From contig JBEIJY010000002.1 in NCBI GenBank assembly GCA_040380025.1, forward strand, positions 64,001-128,000: a DNA stretch of 64,000 bases, given 5' to 3'. This document shows, piece after piece, positions 38,122 through 48,053 of this stretch (its first letter is position 1; each line of letters opens with the position of its first letter). The translations under genes were made by a program, and so were the position numbers. This DNA is from Bdellovibrionales bacterium (lineage in GTDB: Bacteria > Bdellovibrionota > UBA1018 > CAIMNF01). The notes beneath the pieces are model-generated. The model had not been told where the DNA came from and made no database searches. It was given only the letters and a program-made list of their open reading frames with translations.

Positions 38122-39267
38122 ATGATCAGTTTTGAACTTTCCGACGAACAGAAGCAACTCCAGGAACTGGCCCGCAAATTCGCGAAAGACGCGATGATCC
38201 CGGCCGCGGAACATCACGATCATACCGGCGAGTTCCCGTTCGAGGTGACCAATAAAGCGTGGGAGCTCGGCCTCATGAACACCCACATTCCGCAAGAATA
38301 CGGCGGTCTCGGGCTGAGCGTTCTGGATGGCATCATCATCACCGAAGAACTGGCATATGGATGCACCGGAATCGCGACCGCCATGGAGGCGAACGCTCTC
38401 GCATCGGCCCCTGTGATTGTCGCCGGGAATGACGAGCAAAAGAAACAATTCCTCGGAGCCCTCACCGCCGAACCCAAGTATGCCGCTTATTGTGTGACCG
38501 AGCCCGGAGCGGGATCGGACGTGGCGGGGATCACCACCACGGCAAAAAAAGTCGGCGATGAGTATGTGATCAATGGCGCGAAGATGTGGATCACGAACGC
38601 GAGTGTGGCGAGCTGGTACTTCGTGCTCGCGTACACCGACCCCTCGCTGAAGCACAAGGGGATGTCGGGGTTTTTGGTTCCCCGCGACACCAAGGGCATC
38701 GTGGTCGGGCGCAAAGAAGACAATCTCGGCCAGCGCGCATCGGATACTCGCGGGATCACCTTCGAAGAAGTGCGAATTCCGGTGAAATACCGCCTTGGCA
38801 ACGAGGGTGATGGCTTCCGGATCGCGATGAGTGCATTCGATCATACCCGTCCGGTGGTGGCGGCCGGAGCAGTGGGACTGGCCCGCCGGGCGATGGACGA
38901 GGCGATTCAGTACGCAAGCACCCGAAAAACCTTCGGGACTCCGATTGCGGGGTATCAGGCGATCAGCTTCATGATCGCCGACATGGCAAAAGACATCGAG
39001 GCCGCGCGATATTTGGTCTGGCGCGCAGGCTGGGAGATCGACCAAGGCCGGAGGAATACCAAGTTCGCGGCCTTCGCGAAATCCTTCGCGGCCGACATGG
39101 CCATGCGGGTAGCGACCGATGCCGTGCAGGTCTTCGGCGGATACGGGTATTCCAAGGAATATCCGGTCGAGAAGCTCATGCGCGATGCGAAGATCTATCA
39201 GATCTACGAAGGAACCTCGCAGATCCAGCGCCTGATCATCGCAAAAGAGATCTTCGATCGCAAATAG
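38122..39267 (+). CDS. Acyl-CoA dehydrogenase (medium-chain type)
   Basis: [36 protein letters not shown]. Confidence 0.96.
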   Translation: MISFELSDEQKQLQELARKFAKDAMIPAAEHHDHTGEFPFEVTNKAWELGLMNTHIPQEYGGLGLSVLDGIIITEELAYGCTGIATAMEANALASAPVIVAGNDEQKKQFLGALTAEPKYAAYCVTEPGAGSDVAGITTTAKKVGDEYVINGAKMWITNASVASWYFVLAYTDPSLKHKGMSGFLVPRDTKGIVVGRKEDNLGQRASDTRGITFEEVRIPVKYRLGNEGDGFRIAMSAFDHTRPVVAAGAVGLARRAMDEAIQYASTRKTFGTPIAGYQAISFMIADMAKDIEAARYLVWRAGWEIDQGRRNTKFAAFAKSFAADMAMRVATDAVQVFGGYGYSKEYPVEKLMRDAKIYQIYEGTSQIQRLIIAKEIFDRK

Positions 39268-39272
39268 CGCGA

Positions 39273-40085
39273 TCAGTGCGGATTTCTAAGATACTCCTGC
39301 ATTCCATTGAGCATCTGCGAACACCCGTAACCGTCGATGTGCCGGTGATCAATCGTGACCGAGACGGGAAGCATCGGTTTAATGATGATCTTCCCGTTCT
39401 CGACCACGGGTTTGTCTGAGATCTTCCCGATCGCCATGACCATCGGGCACCGCGAGTAGGGGACCAGCGGGGCGAATCCGTATTCAAGGCCCATCCCTCC
39501 GACCGAGGTGAGCATGACCGATCCGAAGGGGTCCCGCGGGGTTCCGAGGAGCGGGCTCCAAAGGTTCAGGTCGTGGTTCAAAAACGAGACCAAGTCGAGC
39601 ACCTTCGCGATCACCCACGAGGGCACGAACTTCAGATTCTTTTTGATTTTCTGGAACTCCGGATCGCGATGGGTGCGGATCGCCTTCGCCTTTTCATGGA
39701 GTTCGTCCATGATCGCCTCGAGGGATTTTTGGTTCGTGTTCCGGATGATCGCGCCCGAGAGGTTTTCTTCGCCGTCCTCGACCGCCGAGACCTGCAAGAA
39801 GGTGTCGATGGTTTCGCGCTCGTAGAGGCGGCCCCAGCGCAGAACCGAATTGAACGAGGGGCACCGCTCGATTCCGTGGGCGATCGCCTTTGCCATGATC
39901 ACGGTCGGAGTCAGGCGGATGCCCCGCTGTTTGGATTCCTCGATTTTTTCGAGAATCGGTCCCGCGTCGATGTCAATGAACCCGTACACCGATGGGTCCT
40001 TGGTTGTGGACCAGGTTCCGATGGCGACCTTCCGCCAGACATTCATTTTGACCGCGCCTTTGAAGCCGATGTTCTGTTTGATCAT
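39273..40085 (-). CDS. Stand-alone 2-oxoacid dehydrogenase E2 acyltransferase catalytic domain
   Basis: TIDHRHIDG motif; likely start ATG 40085 (MIKQNIGF) with TACCAT 6 nt upstream; no lipoyl domain. Confidence 0.82.
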   Translation of the reverse strand: MIKQNIGFKGAVKMNVWRKVAIGTWSTTKDPSVYGFIDIDAGPILEKIEESKQRGIRLTPTVIMAKAIAHGIERCPSFNSVLRWGRLYERETIDTFLQVSAVEDGEENLSGAIIRNTNQKSLEAIMDELHEKAKAIRTHRDPEFQKIKKNLKFVPSWVIAKVLDLVSFLNHDLNLWSPLLGTPRDPFGSVMLTSVGGMGLEYGFAPLVPYSRCPMVMAIGKISDKPVVENGKIIIKPMLPVSVTIDHRHIDGYGCSQMLNGMQEYLRNPH

Positions 40086-40235
40086 GGTCAGATGGTAAAC
40101 AAAAACCCGTCTTCGTGCGAGATCCGGCTTTTGGAACGCCGATTTCTTGCCCCTCTTGACGCCGCTCCTTGATTTCTCGCTCCCCTGTTCGTAGTTTGCC
40201 TCGCGCGGGACGGATGGAAGGTACGGGGTGAGTGA

Positions 40236-41114
40236 ATGGTTCCACGGTTCGGTCGGGGATTGAGGGTCACGGTTCTGTTTTTGGTTCTGGTGTCGCTTCA
40301 GTCCTGCAAAAAGGACGCATGGTTCGGGCAGGGGTTCGATACGATGGTGATCCGGTGCCGGAAGGGAGCACACCCATGCTCGGGGATTGCAAATGTTCTT
40401 TTTTCTGGAAAAAAAGTAGCCCGTGCTTTTGAGTTCCAAGAAGGGACGCTGTATCAGGAAGCCTGGGGGGATTCCTACAGCCAGGTGAACAAGCTCTTCG
40501 GCGCCACTGATTGTGGCGATGTGCTCGATCCGCGCAACAATAGCGCCATGGTGGGCTTTCGGCATTTGGCCGGAACCGATCAGATCGAGATTCTGGGGTA
40601 CGTCCATCGTGAGGATGCCTACCGGAACGGATACAACTTCCGGCATACGAATCTTTGGGTGGTGCCGCGGGGAACGCGGGTCGCCCTTGAGATCTCGACA
40701 GCAGGACCGTATTACCGGTTCACGGCGAACGGTGATACCGATTTGCTGATGAAGCGATTCTGCAATCGTCCGAATTTTCAGGGCCGCATGATCGGAACCT
40801 GGTTCGGGGGACAGCGACCCGCTCCGCAGGCGATGCGGATTCAACACGAACCGGGAGTGACAATCGAGTCGGTCTTTCCGAAAACGCTTCGAATCATGGA
40901 CCAGGATAACCTGTGCTCGAAGGGACTGGATCCGCTTGAATATCTGGTTCAGCACGAATCGGGAATCTACTCGGCGTATGAGTCCGAGTGCGGGGCGGGG
41001 AACCTCGAAGTGCAGTATCTGGGCTGTGATGCGAAGATGAACGGAACTCCCGGGGCAGAAACCAGTGTCGATTCGGAGCGGGGGTTCCGCTACCGGATCA
41101 GCTGCGGATCCTGA
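40236..41114 (+). CDS. Hypothetical lipoprotein
   Basis: Lipobox LQSC; VNKLFG..DC, NSAMVGFR, WFGG..PAP segments; several Cys. Confidence 0.7.
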   Translation: MVPRFGRGLRVTVLFLVLVSLQSCKKDAWFGQGFDTMVIRCRKGAHPCSGIANVLFSGKKVARAFEFQEGTLYQEAWGDSYSQVNKLFGATDCGDVLDPRNNSAMVGFRHLAGTDQIEILGYVHREDAYRNGYNFRHTNLWVVPRGTRVALEISTAGPYYRFTANGDTDLLMKRFCNRPNFQGRMIGTWFGGQRPAPQAMRIQHEPGVTIESVFPKTLRIMDQDNLCSKGLDPLEYLVQHESGIYSAYESECGAGNLEVQYLGCDAKMNGTPGAETSVDSERGFRYRISCGS

Positions 41115-41124
41115 TCCCCGAGAC

Positions 41125-41991
41125 TCAGCGGCCCTCGTCCTCGAGCGCCGCTTTGATTCGAAGATAGCTTTCAAATCGCGGCAGATGCGAGTACTCCTGC
41201 CGCTTGACCTGAAGCTCGTACATCTCGGGAAAGTATTGAATCAGCGTTTTCGGATCGACCCCGATCAGGCCGAACTCCTTGATGCCGGGAGTATCGATGA
41301 ACCGGGTTCCTTCGCCGGCCGGAATCATCTTCGAGACCGTGGTCGTGTGCTTGCCTTTGCCGGTGGCTCCGCTCACTACTCCCACCTTGCCCACGGCTTC
41401 TCCGAAGAGCTCCGAGAGGAGCGAGGTTTTTCCCACACCCGAGTGCCCGCAGAAGACTGAGGTCTTGCCCCGAAGGGCGTTTCTGAGTTCCTCGATTCCC
41501 GATTTTTCTCGGGTCGAGACCGGAAAACACTGGTAGCCCAAGTCTGAATAGAGCTTCCACGGAGACTCCTCTCCCGAGCGCAGATCCATTTTGTTGATCA
41601 CGATCAGAGGGATGATTCCCGCCGCAGAGGTCGAGATCAAAAAGCGATCGACCAGCCCGGGTGAGAAATCCGGCTCATGGAGCGAGGTCGTGATGACCAC
41701 GTAATCCAGATTGGCCGCGATCGTGTGCATGATCTTGCCTTCACGCCCCGGGGCTTTTCTGGAGATCGAATTTTTTCTGGGAATCACTTCTTCGATGACG
41801 CCGTCGCTTCCGCCAAAGGTTTTGATTCGGACCCGGTCGCCAGGCGCCACCGGAGACCGCTCGCGCCACTCGGCATCCCGATCGACGATCTGCCCGCGCC
41901 GGTAGGTGCACAGGATCCGTTTCGATTCGTCCGAATCGGGAATGACGTTCGCCATTTTGGGGAACACCTCGCTGATGACGCCTTCAACCAT
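41125..41991 (-). CDS. rsgA: Small ribosomal subunit biogenesis GTPase RsgA
   Basis: OB-fold GD.V, permuted order NKMD - GHSGVGKT - GKHTT - DTPG. Confidence 0.93.
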   Translation of the reverse strand: MVEGVISEVFPKMANVIPDSDESKRILCTYRRGQIVDRDAEWRERSPVAPGDRVRIKTFGGSDGVIEEVIPRKNSISRKAPGREGKIMHTIAANLDYVVITTSLHEPDFSPGLVDRFLISTSAAGIIPLIVINKMDLRSGEESPWKLYSDLGYQCFPVSTREKSGIEELRNALRGKTSVFCGHSGVGKTSLLSELFGEAVGKVGVVSGATGKGKHTTTVSKMIPAGEGTRFIDTPGIKEFGLIGVDPKTLIQYFPEMYELQVKRQEYSHLPRFESYLRIKAALEDEGR

Positions 41992-42069
41992 TCATTGATT
42001 CCTCTGCACGAGGCGAACAGTACGAAATTCCCGTGACTCCGTCAAAGAGATGCTCCAGAATCAGAAAAA

Positions 42070-42810
42070 ATGAAGGCATCCGGATCTTTTCGTCTTCTTA
42101 CGATGTTCATGATCGGGTTTCCGGTCATTTATCCGCTCGGTGCAGCGCTGGTGTTCCAGCTTCCGCTGAAGGGTCTGGGCGCGATCGTCCTGTCTCCTCT
42201 TTTTTATCTTGCCACTGCGCTTTGGATTGCAACCGGCACCGGGCTTCAGTCCTTCCGGCACTGGGCTTGGTATACCTTTTTGGTCGCACAGGGGATTGTG
42301 GCCTGGTTCAATGCCCAGATTGTTCTCAATTACAGTGAGTCTCCGATCAAGGGGTACTCATTCTTTCTGGTGTTTGCGCTTCAGTTCCTGTTCATCCGGT
42401 TCGTCTCGCGCGAGGTGCGGGTGCCTTATTTGTTCCCGAGAATCCACTGGTGGAAGAGCGGAATCGAGGCGATCCGCTCGCTCGAGGTCCAGTTCACGGT
42501 CATGAGAGAGTCTGAAATCCCGCTGAGCGGGCAGGTCCTCGATTTGAGCCCCCGGGGGTGTTTCATGAAAACCCCGCTTGAGTTCGGGGCGGGTGAGCAG
42601 GTTTCCATGCAGTTGAACGCCTACGGGCAGGATCTGGTCGTCAAGGGAGAGATTGTCTGGATCGCACCCAGTACCGTGACCCATCCGCGCGGGATCGGGA
42701 TCCGGTTCGAGGAGTTGGATCGGCAGACGAGGCGAAAAATCCGCACGATGGCGCGGTCGTTTGATCAAGAAAAGGAGCGTTCCGGTGGAACTTCAGTCTT
42801 ACCTTCGTGA
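42070..42810 (+). CDS. Membrane protein with C-terminal PilZ domain
   Basis: Four TM segments, then DLSPRGCF...GEIVW...GIGIRF. Confidence 0.8.
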   Translation: MKASGSFRLLTMFMIGFPVIYPLGAALVFQLPLKGLGAIVLSPLFYLATALWIATGTGLQSFRHWAWYTFLVAQGIVAWFNAQIVLNYSESPIKGYSFFLVFALQFLFIRFVSREVRVPYLFPRIHWWKSGIEAIRSLEVQFTVMRESEIPLSGQVLDLSPRGCFMKTPLEFGAGEQVSMQLNAYGQDLVVKGEIVWIAPSTVTHPRGIGIRFEELDRQTRRKIRTMARSFDQEKERSGGTSVLPS

Positions 42811-43252
42811 GGCGCTGAAACAGGCCGAAAAGGCGGGTGCCATCGAGGAAGTGCCCGTCGGCGCCGTGATCGTCCATGAGGGCAAGGTCATTGGAACCGG
42901 GTTCAATACCCGTGAAACCACGCAAGATCCGCTCGGGCATGCCGAGATCAACGCCATCCGCGTGGCCGCAAGCGCCTTGGGTTCGTGGAGGCTGCTCGAT
43001 TGCGATTTGTATGTGACGCTCGAGCCTTGTCCGCTTTGTCTTTCGGCCTGCCAGCAGGCCAGGATCCGAAAGGTCGTGTACGGAGCAAAGGACGAAAAAG
43101 GCGGAGCGATTTGCCTTGGGTTTCATGTTCATGATCATCCCAAGCTGAATCACCGGTTCGAGGTGATCCATTCCCCGATGGAGGAGTGCTCGAAGATCCT
43201 GAAGGACTTCTTCGCACGCCGCCGGACCGAGAAGAAGTCCACCCGTTCCTGA
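42785..43252 (+). CDS. tadA: tRNA adenosine deaminase
   Basis: EVPVGAV, HAE, TLEPCPLC; GTG start after AAGGAG. Confidence 0.92.
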   Translation: MELQSYLREALKQAEKAGAIEEVPVGAVIVHEGKVIGTGFNTRETTQDPLGHAEINAIRVAASALGSWRLLDCDLYVTLEPCPLCLSACQQARIRKVVYGAKDEKGGAICLGFHVHDHPKLNHRFEVIHSPMEECSKILKDFFARRRTEKKSTRS

Positions 43253-43310
43253 TCAAAAACAATCATTCTGCGCGTGCAAAGAGCCCTCGGGTTCATGCTA
43301 GGCTCCCCCC

Positions 43311-44606
43311 ATGGACGGTACGTTTCTCGATCGGGTGTTTCGCGTTTTGACCAGCCGAAGAATGGCCACGGTTCTTCTGCTCGGATTCTCCTCGGGCCTT
43401 CCCTTGGGTCTCACCGGCAGTACGCTTCAGGCGTGGATGACCCACGAGGGGGTCAATCTCAGGACTATCGGAATCTTCGCTCTGGTTGGCCTTCCTTACA
43501 CGATCAAGTTTCTTTGGTCGCCCTTCATGGACCGCTATGTTCCGCCCTTGTTCGGTCGACGACGCGGTTGGCTTCTGCTCACTCAGCTCCTCCTCGTGGC
43601 CTCCATCGCGGGCATGGCAGTGACCGATCCCAAGGAGCAATCGATGATCATGGCGACCATCGCTTTTTTGGTCGCGTTCTTTAGTGCAAGTCAGGACATC
43701 GTGGTCGATGCGTATCGGACCGATGCCCTGGCCCCCGAAGAATACGGATTGGGGTCGGGAGCCTATGTGCTGGGCTATCGGCTTGCGATGCTGATGAGCG
43801 GGGCGGTCGCGCTCATTCTTGCCGATCAGATGCCGTGGAAGCAGGTGTATCTCGTCATGGCTCTTTGCATGGGGGTCGGAATCCTGACCACGCTTTTTTT
43901 GGCGCCCGAGCCCGAAACCAAAGAGCCGCCTCCTCATAATCTTCGCGAGGCGATCGTCGATCCCTTGGTTGATTTTTTTTCGCGCCGGGGGTCGTTCGAG
44001 ATCCTCGGATTCATTATTCTCTACAAGCTCGATGTCGTGGTCGCGCTTGCGCTTAGTACGACGTTTCTTTTGCAGGTCGGGTTCTCGAACACGGATATCG
44101 GGGCCGTGAACAAGGGAGTCGGGCTCGTGGCCACCATTGTGGGGACTCTTTCGGGTGGAGCGTTGATGACGGCGCTCGGAATGAAGCGCTCTCTATGGAT
44201 TTTTGGGATTTTGCAGGGGGCGGGGAATGGATTGTTCGTGGCCCTTGCCCACTTTGGCAAAGTGTACCCGCTCATGGTGGGAGCGGTTGCGCTCGAGAAT
44301 CTCTTCAGCGGCATGGGGAATGCCGCTTACGCCGCTTTCATGATGAGCCTTTGCAATAAGAAGTTCTCGGCGACCCAATATGCGCTTTTGACGAGCCTGA
44401 TGGCCCTGACCCGGGTTCTTGCGGGATCGGCGAGCGGATTCCTGGCTGAGCGCCTGGGGTGGGAGCATTACTTCATGGTCGCGATCAGCCTCATGATTCC
44501 GGGGCTTTTGCTGCTAACCCGCTATGATCATTGGGCAACGCTTCGCGAAAAAGCGCTCGATGAGGGAGCCAATCCCGAAAAATGGGAGGTTGCTAAAAAC
44601 CGCTAA
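43311..44606 (+). CDS. ampG: AmpG muropeptide MFS permease
   Basis: GFSSGLP, KFLWSP..D, GRRRGW, SASQDIVVDAYR, ATQYAL. Confidence 0.95.
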   Translation: MDGTFLDRVFRVLTSRRMATVLLLGFSSGLPLGLTGSTLQAWMTHEGVNLRTIGIFALVGLPYTIKFLWSPFMDRYVPPLFGRRRGWLLLTQLLLVASIAGMAVTDPKEQSMIMATIAFLVAFFSASQDIVVDAYRTDALAPEEYGLGSGAYVLGYRLAMLMSGAVALILADQMPWKQVYLVMALCMGVGILTTLFLAPEPETKEPPPHNLREAIVDPLVDFFSRRGSFEILGFIILYKLDVVVALALSTTFLLQVGFSNTDIGAVNKGVGLVATIVGTLSGGALMTALGMKRSLWIFGILQGAGNGLFVALAHFGKVYPLMVGAVALENLFSGMGNAAYAAFMMSLCNKKFSATQYALLTSLMALTRVLAGSASGFLAERLGWEHYFMVAISLMIPGLLLLTRYDHWATLREKALDEGANPEKWEVAKNR

Positions 44607-44639
44607 ATTTTATCGGGTATTGGTCCGAACAGAGGAGGT

Positions 44640-45191
44640 ATGGTCGGACCCAAGGCAAATCTCCTTCGGAGAATCGGATCGAGCCTCGTCGACGGAGCCC
44701 TGGAGCTCACGGGGGGGCTCTTGGGTTCGTACCTCGGAGCCATGGTCGCGGCGCTCGTGACAGTCATGCACGAGGAGGCCGCCGCCGAGACCATGCAAAG
44801 CTCGATGAAGAGCGGTTTCGGGATCGGTTTTGCATTCTGGGCGCTCTCGATTTCATTCTTGAATCGGGTGCTGATCCAAGGCATCTCGCGCGCCTCCATC
44901 GGCAAAAAACTCTTTCATCTCGAGCTGGTTTCGGCCCGCGATTCGATGACCTGGGGACGGGTAACGGGACGCTGGGTGCTCTCGGTCGGATCGCTCGTCG
45001 TGCTCGGGGCCGGCTACTGGTTCATGCTCTTGAACCGCGAACGGCGCACCCTCCATGATTTGGTCGCAGGCACGGATGTGGTGCCCGCCTCGGGGGGCGC
45101 AGGCGCCGATTCCGCCCCCCTTGCCCCTGTGATCGAGCTGCGCCCGAAAGCGGTCACAGACGAAAACAAAGACGAGAAAAAATCAGCCTAA
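44640..45191 (+). CDS. RDD family membrane protein
   Basis: RRIGSSLVD, SIGKKLF, RTLHDLVAGT; SD GAGGAGG. Confidence 0.88.
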   Translation: MVGPKANLLRRIGSSLVDGALELTGGLLGSYLGAMVAALVTVMHEEAAAETMQSSMKSGFGIGFAFWALSISFLNRVLIQGISRASIGKKLFHLELVSARDSMTWGRVTGRWVLSVGSLVVLGAGYWFMLLNRERRTLHDLVAGTDVVPASGGAGADSAPLAPVIELRPKAVTDENKDEKKSA

Positions 45192-45499
45192 TTGCCCGTC
45201 ACGATCGTGCACATTTTTCCGTACACGCCGAGGATGCTCTTGTACTGATGATCGACCGAGCTGATCTCGGTGATCGCTCCGTTCTTCATGGCCGCCGAAA
45301 GAGACGCATCTCCCGAGGTAACCAGACCCACATAGTTTTGCGTGCAAGCCATGCCCCGTTTGCGGCCCGGCGGATTGGTGGTGACCATCACGCCCTCGAT
45401 GTGGTCGGTCAGGATGAGTCCGGGGGCGGTCGAGGAGCGCGGAGTCGCGCAGGCCGAGAGAAGAATCACAGGAAGAATCCAAAGAAATCGCATGCTCAT
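45188..45499 (-). CDS. TRL-like lipoprotein
   Basis: Lipobox LSAC; K.G.AC...GLV..GDAS...A..NG.I..I..VD...SILGVY...CTIVTG. Confidence 0.85.
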   Translation of the reverse strand: MSMRFLWILPVILLSACATPRSSTAPGLILTDHIEGVMVTTNPPGRKRGMACTQNYVGLVTSGDASLSAAMKNGAITEISSVDHQYKSILGVYGKMCTIVTGN

Positions 45500-45541
45500 G
45501 CCCTCATTGGAGCAGAAAACATACCCTGCGACAAGCGATGC

Positions 45542-45582
45542 AAACTGCCCCCTTCATCGAGCACAATCAAAGGGGGCAGTTT
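45542..45582. repeat. Short inverted repeat made of the termini of the fold-back element family
   Basis: AAACTGCCCCCTT...AAGGGGGCAGTTT; right part GCACAATCAAAGGGGGCAGTTT matches 50668-50689 at 21/22 positions. Confidence 0.75.
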
Positions 45583-45617
45583 TCAAGCCGTGGGGGGATG
45601 TGATAAATCGACCGAAG

Positions 45618-46667
45618 ATGCACGAGACGATTCTCATAACTGGAGCGGCCGGATACATCGGTTCTCATTTCGCCGAGGCCCTGATCGCAGCTCCGGAATG
45701 GACCCGAAAAAATCCGAAGCTCGTTTTTTTGGATGACCTGAGCTCGGGGCATCTGGAGTTTCTGCAAGAGCTGTCGGCCCTCGCCGTCGGTGCCGGAATG
45801 ACGGAACCCGTCTTTGAGCGCGTCTCTCTTCAGGATGCCGAGGGGGTGCGGACAGCCCTGCTTCGTCATCGTCCCGCTGCGGTCGTGCATTTCGCCGCGA
45901 AGATCTCGGTCGCAGAATCGGTGCAAAATCCGGATCTTTATTTTTTGAACAACGTCGAGGGGTCAAAGAACCTGCTCTCGGCCATGCGGGAATCGAATTG
46001 CAAGAGGATGATTTTTTCGAGTACGGCTGCGGTGTACGGCGCGGTTGAAGATCCGGTCCGGGCAACCGGTCCCTTGTCCGAGGAAACCTCCCTCGCTCCG
46101 ATCAATCCCTACGGCGAGACCAAGCTCAAAATGGAGCAAGAGATCGCCCGCGCCGGGGCGGAGTGGGGGCTTCGCAGTGTGGTCTTTCGGTACTTCAATG
46201 CGGCCGGCGCATCGGCCTCGGGACGTTTCGGAGAATGGCATGAGCCTGAGACGCATTTGATCCCGCTTCTTTTGCGCTCCATCGAATCGGGCAAGGCCCT
46301 CTCGGTTTTTGGGAATGATTATCCGACCCGCGATGGAACCTGCATCCGGGATTACATTCATGTGTCGGATCTGGCGAGCGCGCACCTTCTCGGGCTCATG
46401 CGGCTTTTGGTCGAGGAAGCCTTTGCGGGCGGAACGTTCAACCTGGGCACCGAGACGGGCACCTCGGTACTTGAGGTAATTCATGCGGCCGAGCAGATCA
46501 CCAAAAAGCGCGTGCCCTACGAGCTCAAAGACCGCCGAGCAGGTGACTCACCCGTGCTCGTCGCGGACTCCTCGCGGGCCCGCAAGGTTTTGGGATGGGT
46601 CCCCGTGCATTCCGGCATCGACATGATTGTTCGAACCGCATGGGACTGGGAGCAGAGAAAGAGTTGA
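45618..46667 (+). CDS. galE: UDP-glucose 4-epimerase
   Basis: TGAAGYIGSH, HFAA, FSSTAAVYG, YGETK, RYFNAAGA, DGTCIRDYIHV. Confidence 0.93.
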   Translation: MHETILITGAAGYIGSHFAEALIAAPEWTRKNPKLVFLDDLSSGHLEFLQELSALAVGAGMTEPVFERVSLQDAEGVRTALLRHRPAAVVHFAAKISVAESVQNPDLYFLNNVEGSKNLLSAMRESNCKRMIFSSTAAVYGAVEDPVRATGPLSEETSLAPINPYGETKLKMEQEIARAGAEWGLRSVVFRYFNAAGASASGRFGEWHEPETHLIPLLLRSIESGKALSVFGNDYPTRDGTCIRDYIHVSDLASAHLLGLMRLLVEEAFAGGTFNLGTETGTSVLEVIHAAEQITKKRVPYELKDRRAGDSPVLVADSSRARKVLGWVPVHSGIDMIVRTAWDWEQRKS

Positions 46668-46670
46668 TTC

Positions 46671-47069
46671 CTATTTCGATGCTTTGAATGCGTCCGCAAG
46701 GATCTGGTTTGCCTTCGGGCCGCATTCCTGGATTTCTTGATAGGGAACCGTGCTTCCGTCGGCTTGATATTGAATGTCTTTGATCACCCGGGCGAATTTG
46801 GTTCCGCTTGGAACCAATGCCTGGATGACGTCCGACGCAAAGTATCCGATGGTGTCTACGTCAATTCCCGTCCGAAGTTGCTTTCCGATCGATTCCTTCG
46901 AACCAACCACGATCACGGGATCGGTCGAGTGGCTCGGATTGCGGATTTCGATCTCGGAACCTCCGTTCACCAGAGAAATCTGAAAGGGTCCGCAAAGCGA
47001 ATCTTCAGAAGTCTGGGCGTGGGAGGGAGTCTGAACCAGGGCAAGAGACAGAAGAAATGCGGTAATCAT
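46671..47069 (-). CDS. Secreted hypothetical protein
   Basis: Signal peptide ending SHA; two Cys; 132 aa. Confidence 0.65.
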   Translation of the reverse strand: MITAFLLSLALVQTPSHAQTSEDSLCGPFQISLVNGGSEIEIRNPSHSTDPVIVVGSKESIGKQLRTGIDVDTIGYFASDVIQALVPSGTKFARVIKDIQYQADGSTVPYQEIQECGPKANQILADAFKASK

Positions 47070-47161
47070 GAGCAGATTTGTACACTACTGCTTGCAGGCT
47101 GTCGAGAAAAACTGACACAATGCAAAATCCTGACAAACACTCGCTGGACTCAGAGCTTCAA

Positions 47162-47366
47162 GAAAATTGAGCCCTTTGAGAGTTCCTGATCAGTACGGTG
47201 TTTCGGGAAAGGGGCTGGGGAACAAAAAAGTTTTGCCGAAACACGCGAGCCACGAAGGCGAAAGCGAGGCCGGAGGACCCGGCTCGGAGGCAAAAACCTT
47301 TTTGTTTCCCAGCCCCTTTCCCAAACCACGGTACTGGGTCAAGCACACTCAAAGGGCTCAGTTTTC
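47162..47366 (+). repeat. Long fold-back element A (REPIN/MITE-like or structured RNA)
   Basis: About 75-nt imperfect inverted arms around a core sharing 39 identical nt (47257-47295) with element B. Confidence 0.8.
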
Positions 47367-47461
47367 GCTTCACGCGGGGGATCTACTTCATTTGGAGAGC
47401 ATTTTCGTTGCAATTCGGGTGGGTTTTTTCTATTGTGCGCCGCAGAACGGTGAGGAGTTTT

Positions 47462-48019
47462 ATGAAAAATCCATTTTTTTCGTTGGCGTTGATCGGAATC
47501 GTAGCCCTTTCTCAGTCGGGAGCGGCCTTGGCCGATCCACAGGACCGCGAAAACCGGGCGCGAATCACTCTGAAGGTGATCGAAACCGACGCCGAAGGGC
47601 ACACCCGTACTCATAAAATCGGAAAGCGTTCCAAGGTTCTGTTTTCGAAGACCCCGAAGGGAACCGTTCGATTGGCGGTTGACCCCGCGTGGGGCCTGAC
47701 GGTGTTGGATCGGGTCGAGCCTGATTTCCAGCCCGGTGCATGGTCGATCAAGGGGCATCTTCCGCAATTGGTCATTGCCAAGCTGATCGAGCAGTCCTGC
47801 GACGTGGAGTGCCAGAGCGAGTATCTCTCCGTTCAGAATAAAATCGCCGAGCTGAAGGCAAGCACCGGATTTTCGGATTACTTTTATGCCGGAGCATTCG
47901 AGGTTTCGGGCCCGACCATGGGCTATCTCGACGATTCCAGCGAATTCGAGCTGAAGTATCGGCTTTCAGAAGGAACCGAGCTCGTGGTCCGCGTGGACCT
48001 TCGTCGCTGGTGGCGCTAA
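47462..48019 (+). CDS. Secreted hypothetical protein
   Basis: SD GAGGAG, ATG 47462, signal peptide ending ALA. Confidence 0.7.
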   Translation: MKNPFFSLALIGIVALSQSGAALADPQDRENRARITLKVIETDAEGHTRTHKIGKRSKVLFSKTPKGTVRLAVDPAWGLTVLDRVEPDFQPGAWSIKGHLPQLVIAKLIEQSCDVECQSEYLSVQNKIAELKASTGFSDYFYAGAFEVSGPTMGYLDDSSEFELKYRLSEGTELVVRVDLRRWWR

Positions 48020-48053
48020 CCGCTCAAACCGGGCGGATTCGAACCATTCCACC

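Noticed and set aside
40086..41174. 633-aa N-terminally extended E2-like ORF
   Set aside because: The extension is antisense to a lipobox-bearing gene and has no lipoyl motif; the ATG at 40085 has its own -10 box
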